Below are positions 37,201-47,559 of a DNA stretch of 47,559 nt, one piece after another; the first letter of the stretch is position 1; each line of letters begins with the position of its first letter. Source of the DNA: Chiloscyllium plagiosum (lineage: Eukaryota); contig NC_057718.1 in NCBI RefSeq assembly GCF_004010195.1, positions 51,541,941 through 51,589,499 of the forward strand, read 5' to 3'. The translations under genes and the position numbers were made by a program. The notes beneath the pieces were generated by a model. That model was given only the letters and a program-made list of their open reading frames with translations. It was not told the DNA's origin and did not search any database.

Positions 37201-37796
37201 TTTTGTCGTTCGACCTTCACAAATTAGCTGATGCAACTATTCTGACCCCTACTGGAAGTAGGATGCAAATGACACAGCAGAGTGAAACAACCTGAGCAAA
37301 GTCTGCTACTGAAACACTCCACCACCCTTCCCAACATCCCCCACCCCACCTCATTGTCAGTGGGTGTATTGACGTAAAATTAATCTGAAAAGTGGACACG
37401 GTATTTCAGAAATCTACAAGAATCTCCAAACTGATGTAAACATGGAAATCAGGCAAAGAGAATTGGAAATGATTGCAGCTGTGCAAGCCTCATGTGACCA
37501 TCCAAACGAAAAGAAATCCATACTACACAGCACGATAGTTAGCAAAGAAAGAATAATTTGGGGCATAAGTCTGAGGATAATACTGAAAACGTTTAACTAT
37601 TGGACGTATCAGGTAGAAGGACACCAGTAACATGCAACCTAACATAGGAGATGTCACAATGATGCAAACTTTATATCCACTTGCAAGACCTCAAATACAT
37701 ATCAAGAGATGGATGCGAACACCCAAAAAGAAGTCTTGGGCCAAAACCTGCACAGCACTGACTGTCATCATGAAGCAATCAATGAACATTTGCCAA

Positions 37797-38425
37797 AGAA
37801 TAACACAAATTGCTGGAAAAATCCTCAGCAGGTCTGGCAGCATCTGTAGAGAGAAAGCAAGGTTAACATTTCTAGTCCAGTGTCCCTTCTTCGGAATAGA
37901 AAACTGTGGTATATCTGTTGAAGTTAGGAGAGGGGAGGGGGGAGGAAAGAATGGATAGGCAGAGATGGAGCCCAGAGGGAGAGAGTAATAATTAGGGAAT
38001 CAAAGGGTTGGATGGTAGTCTACCAGGGAGAAAGAAAAGCTAATAATGAAGACCACAAGGAGATGAAAATGGGTTGACTGTGCTGAAAGCAACCCATGTC
38101 ATGACAGGGCCTAGAGTCTGGGTGTTGGAAAACGACATGGAACAGTGTGTTCAGGACCTAAAATTATTGAATTGTACTTTAAATCCTGGAGACTGCAGGG
38201 TCCTCAAGCAAAAAATTAGATGCTTTTTTTCCAGCTCAAACTGAGCTTCACTGGAGCACTGCAGGCAGACCCTAGTCCTGTTGGCTAGGGAACACAGTGA
38301 TATGTTGAAGTGACAGAAAACTGGAAGCACAGGGTCATTTATGTGGACAGATCAAGGATGTTCTGTAAAGTGGCCTCCCAGTCTGCATTTTGTCTTCCCG
38401 GTGTAGAGGAGACCACATTGTGGGT
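37797..38425 (-). mobile_element. Penelope-like element, degraded 3' part
   Basis: Minus strand reads QCGLLYTGKTKCRLGGHFTEH...LQCSSEAQFELE..HLIFCLRTLQSPGFKVQFNNF. Terminus with decayed hammerhead at ~37860-37897. Same family as 1-925. Confidence 0.88.
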
Positions 38426-38976
38426 TAATGATGAATTAACATTAGTGGTCTCACTTAATTTTGAAAAAACTAACATGACATCACCTTCCTGAAAGGTGAC
38501 AAAGCAAATCAATGATGGACCCTTAAAAATATTCACAACTAGCAAAATAATTGGAAATCCATTATTAAGAATTGTTCCAATTGCCTGTTTGAAAATAATC
38601 CTGTAACCAACATGAATTCAGAAAAGGCTTGTGGGCTTTTGAGATTTTTCTTAAACAAGTGATGTCTCAAAAGATGAATAATAAGGAGTGGGATAAATGA
38701 CTTAATTGTAACAGCGTAGACTCAGTCAGTATTAAATTCTGAGCTCACCTGCAGACCATTTGTCAGTGTCTGCCCATAAGTGATTGGTTGATGGGCTGAG
38801 GCAGAATGTCATGGAATAACCAGCCAGTTAAATGAAGGGAATGATCACTGGCAATAAGGTAAATCCATGGGACTGAAGATTTCAGAAAGATTTTGTAATG
38901 GGACAGTGATGTTGGGTGGGACTGGAGTTTAATCTTTTCCCAAGGGACATGATAGGGTAAGTAAAGATATTTCAAT

Positions 38977-40525
38977 GGCCCAGATTTTTCAATGGTCAAC
39001 TAGTTGTTTCTACAGCACTAGTTGTGTATCAGAATCACATAAAATGCCCATAAGAAGACTTTGATGGAATTGCCAGGGAAAACCATAAGACAGAGGAGCA
39101 GAAATTCAGCTCATTGAGTCTGCTCTGGTATTCAATTATAGCTGATAAATTTCTCAACCCCATTCTCCCGCTTTCTTCCTGTAACCTTTGATCTTCTTGA
39201 CACTTAAAAACCTATCTCAGTCTTAAATATACTCAATGACCTGGCCTCCACTGCTTTCTGTGGCAATGAATTTCATAGATTCACCACTCTCTGGCTGAAG
39301 AAGTTTCTCCTTATCTCTTTTCACTCTCTAAGGCTGTGCACACGTGTCCTAGTCTCTCCTACCAATGGAGACATCTTCCCAAAATCCAGTCGATCCAAGC
39401 TATTCAGTATTCTGTATGTTTCAATTAGATCCCCCCCTCACCCTTCTAAACTCCATTGAATATAAACCCAGAGTCCTCAAATGTTCCTCATATGTTAAGC
39501 TTTTCATTGCTGGGACCATTCTCATGAACCTCCTCTAAACACGTTCCAGGGCCAGTACATCCTTCCTGAGATGTGGGGCCTAAAACTGCACCCTGTACTC
39601 CAAATGTGGTCTAACCAGACAAAACTGCACACAATACTCCGGATTACAATAGAACTCTCTGAATGTATCATTTAAAATGACAAAATTCAGAGCGTTCAGC
39701 TGCAGTTAAGTAAATAGTTACCCAAGAAATATTAGTCAAATAAATACCTAAATAGTCCAACTCTTAGGTAACTATTAAACTGACAACAAAACTTACGACA
39801 CCCAAAAAAAATCCAGATCCCATACACTCCACAGATCCAACACTTCCACTCTGCTCCTTAGGATATGACAATGCTCCACTTTCCCTGGGAACTGATATCA
39901 TCTTTCCCATATTGCTGGACCCAACAACCTCTAATTCCACTGGGATCCAACAGACCTCCTTACCTCTCCAGCATATGGTCGACCCCAGCCTTGTTGGGAA
40001 ACGACACCCCACCCCCTGCTGGAACTCATATTTTCCGATGACCCCAACCTACTCTAATGACCCCATAATTTGCCTGGCCCAGCTTCTATCTTGCACCCTG
40101 GCACTGTACACATCCGGCACCCTATCCACCTGAGATACTATCATCAAGGAACCCTATTGACCTGGCACTCGGATATCCCACTACATCACATCTGGCACCC
40201 TAACAAGCTGGCACACTATCCTCCTGTTACCCTAACCTTACACTTATCTTTCATCCTTAACCTTTCACAGGAGCTGTCAAAGGGGCTTTCAGTGATGCTG
40301 GGCCTTCAATTCACAGCAGATGGAAACTGACTGCTATGAAAAAAGGAATCTTGTTCTGACTCCTCCAAACTATCCTGCACTAGGAGAGACCTGTCATATT
40401 TAAAGTAAGTTCTGCATTTCTCAAGGAATTCTAATCAGAATCACCTGTAAGAAATGTGGAGCTTTGTCTTAACATGTAAAATAAAGAATCAGAATATGTT
40501 TGTCACTCCTCAGGAAATCTGGCCC
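38977..40525. mobile_element. Non-autonomous TIR element, Harbinger-like
   Basis: Ends ggcccagattt / aaatctggccc (10/11 inverted match), with AAT on both sides (38974-76, 40526-28). Interior has degenerate ctggcacc repeats and a CR1 insertion. Confidence 0.55.
39082..39640 (-). mobile_element. CR1 3' fragment
   Basis: Reverse strand reads LVRPHLEYRVQF and ERVQRRFMRMVP-like sequence, and the tail ends tcctctgtcttatggt. Confidence 0.92.
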
Positions 40526-40900
40526 AATATGTGTTTCAGCTTCTTCCCACAAAAGCTTCCCAGCTCAGGCCACAGTTAGAATTGCAACTGAGGCAACTGA
40601 TAGATTGGACTCTGCCTTGTATTTGATGGATCCTGGTCTGCTTCACATTTGAGGGTAACTAGCTGATCGGGAAGCTGGCTAACATAGGAGGAAGTAGGAT
40701 TGATGATACACAAGCCATCTGAATGATTTAACTGACTGTCTGCTTGGCTTGATGCGCTTAAAGGTTCCTTGATGTTCTGAGTCAAGTGGAGTTCTTTAGA
40801 TAGTTCAATGCATAAATAATCAAATACCAGGCTCAGGCATGCAATACCGTTTTACAGAAGCTGAACTTATTAACTGCTACCACCAGTTCTACAAGAACTA

Positions 40901-41212
40901 GGGCGGCACGGTGGCACAGTGGTTAGCACTGCTGCCTCACAGCGCCAGAGACCCGGGTTCAGTTCCCGCCTCAGGCGACTGACTGTGTGGAGTTTGCACG
41001 TTCTCCCCGTGTCTGCGTGGGTTTCCTCCGGGTGCTCCGGTTTCCTCCCACAGTCCAAAGATGTGCAGGTCAGGTGAATTGGCCATGCTAAATTGCCCGT
41101 AGTGTTAGGTAAGGGGTAAATGTAGGGGTATGGGTGGGTTGCGCTTCGGCGGGTCGGTGTGGACTTGTTGGGCCGAAGGGCCTGTTTCCACACTGTAAGT
41201 AATCTAATCTAA
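40901..41212 (+). mobile_element. Young HE1-type V-SINE
   Basis: Pol III A box TGGCACAGTGG (40912-22), B box GGTTCAGTTCC (40956-66), V-domain, CR1-like tail and (aatct)n end. Many CpGs retained. Confidence 0.96.
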
Positions 41213-44200
41213 ACAGCAGCTCGAAACTCTGTGATAAGTGACTCAATCTGGTGACCTTACAAACAGAAGTCAAATCAAGAATGTGATAGAATACGATTAC
41301 ATTAAAGTTGCATCTTTTTGTGGTACTAAGTAATGATAGACAGTCAACCTGCTTCTGCCTCGGAACTGAGAATAGAAGATCAATCCCAAGGATCAGATGA
41401 TTGTTGATTTCTTCAACTGTCATGTTATCCTTAATTGTCTGAGACAGTTTGAGCAGACTGCACTATCAGTAATTCAGCAACCACTTCAGCCACATTCCTG
41501 GTTCTTCCAATCTCTGCTCAAACATGAATCGAAAAACCACCTTTCCTGGTGATAGGCTAAATGCATAAATGTTTCATAATCTGCTATGTTAATGGCTTCG
41601 TGTCAGAGTGTTCGCAATTGTGGCAACCGACTTCCAGCAAGTTTTAACCAATAGTGAAAATAAATCTTTTTATTTCAAACACTGTGACTCAGCAGTACAT
41701 AAAGTACTGAACTTGGTTCACAGTGACAAATATTTGCAGAGGTAATGAATGGCTGTCAGGACTGGTGTCTAATGCAACATTGCATAATTTGTAGTCCATT
41801 CCCGCATGATGTCTAAGCCACTGACTGACCTTTCTGTTTCTAATCAATTCAACTGTCAATGGCTCCTTTGTACCCTAGATTCTGTCACCACCGTCAAGCT
41901 ATATATGGTGGCCAAGCTATATAAAAAACAGCTGTCAATCAAATGTCAGAGAATGATTCATTCTTTGGAATTAATAATGGGTAATCAGTTGACCTCTAGA
42001 ACTGAGGAATTTGGCCAAATTTAACAAGGTGAGTAACGAGAAAGGATAAAGAAACCAGAAGTTTAAAAAAATAGAAACATTTCAGAACAGCAGACTTCAT
42101 TCCAAGGTGCTGATCTCCATGTGCTGAAATAATGCACTCACACCCAGAAAAGACACATAATAGCTACCTCATTTTAGAGGCCAGGTCTTTCTCCACAGGG
42201 AGGAAGGGAGAGAAAACGAAGTATCAAGCTCCTCCAGGCACTTCTCAAATGATTCTTAGCAGCTGGGTGAGAATACCCATCAATAGTCGCCTGGGAACAA
42301 ATTGCCTGCCTGCTTTCTCAAGCAGGAAATGATGCAAGACAGCTGGGGAAGCTAACACTTGGGAGCAAATAAAAACACTTGAGCCTTGAAGAAGCCTGTG
42401 GAATATTAGCATATGACTGCTGAACACATTTTTATCAAATTGCTTTGTTGTTATTTAATCGAGGCATTAACCTGCTCAAAATGAATGGGTCAACCCCTTT
42501 GTTAAAATGGTTGTCGAAGGAATTTCACACCAAACGTTCAGAAGTAAATGATTTAAAGACCTTGGAAACAAGTCAAAATATTTTTTAAATTCTTCCAATA
42601 CAAAAACTAGGTGTGAAACGAGGGCACGGAGGTGGTTGGGGACAGGGTTGGTGGTGGTTGGTACATGTGGGAATGTAAAAGTAAACAAGTTAAAGTGGGA
42701 ACTCTTTTTACCAATAATAGCTCAAGCTATTGCAGTGTCAAAACAGAGAACAGCTCTCCTCTTGCTAATAATCACTGCAGGCTATCTTGAAATTACTCGC
42801 TGCACAAATGGAGCTTAAAAATAATCCAGGCCTTTAAACTATAATAAAGGAGAATATTCATGTAATATTTATTCTCTTTATTTCAATAAACTCAAAATGT
42901 ATATCACTAGATAGCAAAAAGGAAATTAGGGATCTGAAGAATACAAAAACTAATATTAAAATACAACTATATTTTATCAGGTCACAGATATAATAGATTA
43001 TTATTTTAAAAAAAGATCATGAACAAAGTACTAGTTGACATGTTGGAAATGTGTTTTTAGCTCAATAAATGTGGAAAATTATAGTTTGAAAAATTCAATC
43101 TTGTCAGTTTGGAATTCAAAACAGAAAATTAGGTGGCTGTCTAATCATGAACTATTATCGAAACTTACTGTGAAATGAACAAAGCACTATTACATTCAGT
43201 GGACTATTCATTTGGATACCTCAATTCTGACAATCCACATGTCAATGTCTTTTTTCATATGAAGTTAATACATTTAACATAACAAATACTACGCTGTCTT
43301 GAGTGTCGCAATAAAATGAATGGGTGAAGCTAAGGAACATAAAAATGACCTCCTTTTCACACCAGCTTAAAAAAGTTTGGGCTAGGCCAGACAATGTCTC
43401 TATAATTTCATATCCTGCTGGACTCTCAGGTTTCACAATCCCAGGGATGACCAGGTACTCAGGGTGCACACCTAACATCCAAACATACACAAGTTTAACT
43501 TCAGACAAAATAACCTGCTGCCAACCACACATATATCCCTCACTGCCTACACATAGCCTCCTGTAGTTCAACCAGAGCAGGGGCCTTGCCAAAAACCCAA
43601 TCCCTGACATTCTGTCCTTTCTTGGCCCTGTTGAGCTATGAAATCACCATTAATATGAGTCTGATATGATGAATAAACAATGGTGTGAACAGATGTGTAC
43701 GGCTTCCCAACTCTCATGCCCTTTTCTTCTCACTCCACTCTGAGTATTTGCTTTCTGACACCTAAGGAGGTGGCCAGCAGACCTAAGAGAAAGGAGAGAA
43801 TAACAGTGCAGGACTAATGAAAAGTCCATGTCACCGATCTGAGATTCCCAACAATCAGGTGAGATATTCGCACTGTATGCTTGTTGGAGGTGAGGATAGA
43901 GTTAGAATCAGTACTTGGTAATCAGATCACTAAATAAGAATGGACTGCAGCCTTGCCAGTAGAAGAGGACAGTTTGTTTGCTCACTCATTGAAGAACAAG
44001 GTCATAGATGAGCTGCGTGGCAGAGGGCTCAAATAAGAATCTCTATGGGGTGGTATATAGGAGTACTAAATAAGCACGCACTCCACGTTAGAGGGAGCAT
44101 TGTTAGGTTATTAGACAGCATCCTGTCATTATCAAAGAGTATTTAGGAGTTCTGTTCCAATTTGGCAGAAAAGGTATCATGTCCGCCCTCTGTTTAACTT

Positions 44201-45199
44201 CCTAAGTGCTGCAGACCCAGAGGCCCTATCACTACAGCCTCTCCTAATTGTTGCGGTCTTCCTTGTATAAACAGCTCACTTCCTCTGTCAAATAAATACA
44301 CATCGGCAAATATATGATGATATATACACATGGTGTAGGTGTTCGCATGTTTTTAGGCAGATTGAAAAGAAAGCAGAAACACTACCAGAGTCCAAGAGAA
44401 TAAATATATCTTCTATGTTACAAATTAAGAGCTTTAAGGATAGAACCCTAAACACGTAGCACTCAAGTGATTAAAACCTGTTAGACACCACACACGGTAA
44501 AACACAGTGACAGTGGGAAAAGAAGTAGAAAGGACAGCAAAATATAAACGTGGCATTGATTTCCAGCTATTGCACCAAAGGTGATGGTCAAAAAAGAACG
44601 GAAGAAAATTTTTCAAGACAAATGGATGTTGGAGGATGTCAAGCGCACAGCAAAAGTTTGACCCATGGACCAGATGGCTACTAACTGAAGCAACTGATAG
44701 CAGGACAAGCACGGTGTCATGGATCGATTATGAATTCCAGGACAAATTTCTCTCCGTATTCTCACTTTCTGTCTATAAGTAAATTTCAATTTAATCTTTC
44801 CCCTTTCTGAAACATTGGTGACAAATTTACCCACTCACACTGTTTATGGACTTTGTTTAAAAACCACAACAAACCTTCACAAACCTTGCAACCACAACAA
44901 ACACATTGTGAAGAAATTAGAAGCAAGGTTTATTTTGTACAGTCTTAGACATGACAGTGTCAGTGTGGTCGACTTTGCAGTGCAGTCATACTTTGAAATA
45001 CACATAAGGAGACCTGAATTAAAAATGATAAGGATCTTTTACCATGAGCAACAAACTGAGGACAAAATAACCAAAGGGTACAAATTTAATAAAGTTATTT
45101 TTTAAAGTTAGAGTTCAAAGCTGTGTTTTTAAAAACAGACACGATGTTTTCAAGTTAGCTTTTACTCTGTGACACTAGCTTGACTGTGGCTATATTTGC

Positions 45200-46950
45200 C
45201 AAACCCAGCGACATTGCAAATGATTGATGGATCATATAAAAGTCAGGATTGAAAGGTTTGGAAGATAAGAATTACAAGGTATATTACAGCTTCAGGTTTA
45301 AACATGAATCAGCAAAAGGACTGGGTTAGGGGCCCATCTTAAATGTTGTGACTGTGTGGTTGTAAGAATGAAAATACTGTGTCATATGAAGAATTATTGA
45401 GTATATGTACTTCAGTGTGAGGAGAAATTTAATAATAAAGTGTAGGAAATTTAATCAGAGAAAACAGAATCCTGGAGAAAGCATGGATTTGTTCATAAAC
45501 AATCTCTCCAAATTGAAAGAGTATTGTGCATACAGGGCTGGAGGCAGAATTAATGTGTGACTGAATTGTGGTCAGAGTTTCAGATGGGGCCTCGTAAAAA
45601 TTTATTAACCAATCAGACAGGATTTGATTCTAGAAAAAATACCGGGCAGAGGACTAGGGAAGCAGAGGCAGAACAGAGATATCGATCAAAGAGAAAGTGA
45701 AGCTCCATTGAAGAAACTGTTTCAGTATAAAGTCTGCAGAAAAGAACATAGTGAATGCCAAAATGGAAAACAAAACTCCACCACCATCTTGAACAATCCA
45801 TGATGTACAGGGAATAAGACACACAAGTGGTACAATTGTGCACAATGCATAAACTGCAGGAGAAAAAGTCTGCAGAATTCCCAAATAGAATATAGATAAT
45901 AAACAGAGAAATCCTGTGAGTCTATAGCAGGTTCAAGAAAATACGAGAAAACCAGTACAAAAAATAATTATGACAATAATCAACTACTCCATCAATGCAT
46001 AGTGGAATGTTCAACTGGAAAACAACAGATAAACCATGGAGTTTAAACTAGATGCCAGGCTGAATGTCTCACTTTTAACACCTCAGGTTACATGGCTTAA
46101 AAAAAGACTAAGTTGCAGCCAGCATAAATTAAAATTCAGAATCTGGAGATACATCATTGAGCATAAAAGGACAACTCACAATCAAGCTCAGTTCCCTGGG
46201 AAAATAAATCACTGAATTTCTTGATTCAGAATTATGAATGTTCCTTATTAAGAGAAAGGCATGTTTAAACCTGAAATCAATTCATGAGGCTGACAAGGTT
46301 GCAGTCCAAGGAAATGAATTCCCAAGATTGTTCACAAGTTTAGTGAAATTGAAGGCAGAGAATCATAATAGCCTGAGGTACAATGCAAAGCCATCTGTTT
46401 GTAGACAGATATAGAATCTCTACAGTGTGGAAACAGGTCCTTCAGCCCAACAAGTAAACACCAACCACCGAAGAGTGACCTACCCAGACCCATTCCCTTA
46501 CATTTCCCCAAACTAATACACCTAATCTACACATCCCTAAACACTATGGCCAATTCACCTAATCTGCACATCTTTGGATTGTGGGAGGAACTGGAGCACC
46601 CGGAGAAAACCCACACAGATACTGGGAGAATGTGCAAACTTCACACAGACAGTCACCTGAGGCAGAATTGAACCTGGGTCCCTGGCGCTGTAAGGGAACA
46701 ATGCTAACCACTGAGCCACCGTGTCTCCCCAAGGAAAATGCCATATCCACATTTTGATAGACATAAAGAAGAAATAGATTATATGCTCAGACAAAGACCA
46801 ATTTCCACAGCTGCAATATAGACTTGCTGGTGTTCATGAGTAATTACAGTATGAAAACCAAAAGTTCTCAGTACTAAAGACTTTGTGTGGACCAAATTCA
46901 ACTCAATAAAGCTGTAGGATGAGATTTGTCCAATAGTTTCAGTGGTTGAA
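45200..46950 (+). mobile_element. Decayed Gypsy internal region (gag, protease, start of RT), interrupted by a SINE
   Basis: Gag KFNQRKQNPGESMDLFINNLSKLKEYC...D*IVVRV, protease FKLDA (FKLDTGA-like), EFPRLFTSLVKLK, and RT start WCS...LRLCVDQIQLNKAV. Confidence 0.8.
46411..46729 (-). mobile_element. HE1-type V-SINE
   Basis: Reverse-strand homolog of 40901-41212 with A/B boxes and V-domain. Confidence 0.94.
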
Positions 46951-46974
46951 AATGAGATGGCAATGAACCACCCT

Positions 46975-47559
46975 ATCTCACCCCACACGGACTCCGGACC
47001 ACCTTTAAACCAGCAGAGTTTGGACCCGAACAGGACAAACAGTACAGACTACAGATTCAAAAACACCAGCAACGGTTCTCCATCAAGATCCTCCGCTCCA
47101 CGCTTGCAGCAATGCGCCGGTACCTAACCTCTCTACAGTCTGCCCTGCCTCAGCTTAGGGCCACACTCTCTCAGAATTGCAAAGGACCCACTCTGTACGA
47201 CATCCTCAGAAGAATTCATACTCTCAACAAACAGTATTTCAACTCCATCTCAAACATCAAAAACTGTAAGTACAACAAACTTTTATCTACCCACCCCCAT
47301 AACCAGCGCTCCTCAAACATTCCAGAAGATTCCCCTGGCCACGGAAACACCATTAGCCATGCGGCTGATGCAGCTACCACCACGACGCTGATTGATGATG
47401 TCACTTCTGCCCCCATCATGGCCACTCCCACAGCCACTTCCGCCCCTCACATCATCGCCGATGCCACACCCTCAGTGACTTCCGCCACCCCTACTGCCGT
47501 GTCCGCCACCACTTCCGACCCCACCAGCGCCACTCACCTGCATTCTGCTGACACGCCCC
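46975..47559 (+). mobile_element. Open reading frame running off the window, probably the N-terminal region of a Penelope-like ORF
   Basis: No stop in the frame from 46956 to the window end: TPHGLRTTFKPAEFGPEQDKQYRLQIQKHQQRFSIKILRSTLAAMRRYL...KNCKYNKL, then a T/A/P/S-rich linker. C-rich strand bias and CpG retention like the PLE at 9294. No catalytic motif is visible. Confidence 0.7.

Noticed and set aside
40901..40975. tRNA-like sequence with A and B boxes
   Set aside because: It is the head of an HE1 SINE, continuous with the V-domain and tail, not a tRNA gene.
43242..43610. 122-aa minus-strand ORF
   Set aside because: No recognisable homology or clear splice signals; a length like this is expected by chance in a window of this size.
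44584..44662. MVKKERKKIFQDKW, faintly like hAT transposase N-termini
   Set aside because: Only ~25 codons, with no zinc finger or further transposase motifs.
1..47559. Prokaryotic-type systems (operons, CRISPR, defence islands) or a host gene
   Set aside because: The content is vertebrate repeat DNA. I found no regularly spaced repeat-spacer array and no exon with both credible splice sites and a recognisable protein. Small exons could have been missed by eye.

Overview
Eukaryotic, repeat-dense, CpG-depleted DNA from a cartilaginous fish. This is inferred from HE1/V-SINEs, a Deu-domain SINE and shark-type CR1 and Penelope families; a bamboo or epaulette-type shark is my best guess. I found no convincing host protein-coding exon, so the window looks intergenic or deep-intronic. 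It holds several CR1 LINEs, one near full length with ORF1 zinc finger/esterase and ORF2 APE-RT. It also holds an older CR1/L2-group LINE, Penelope-like elements (PLEs; RT plus GIY-YIG), four HE1 SINEs and a DeuSINE split by two later insertions. Further elements are a solo LTR, two decayed Gypsy internal regions, a Tigger-like MITE and Harbinger-type relics, plus two assembly gaps. The most notable pattern is four short fold-back PLE-terminus insertions from three sequence families (18.1, 19.1, 31.2 and 32.7 kb). They share one architecture: inverted arm, direct arm, 30-40 nt unpaired tail and a target-site duplication (13-15 bp in three, degenerate in one). Three of the four carry minimal hammerhead-ribozyme cores on both strands, and three of the four fold-back points lie within a few nt of the ribozyme position. 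Some repeat-free AT-rich blocks have transcription-factor motif clusters suggestive of conserved enhancers. Family assignments come from my recall of consensus motifs, not from database searches.
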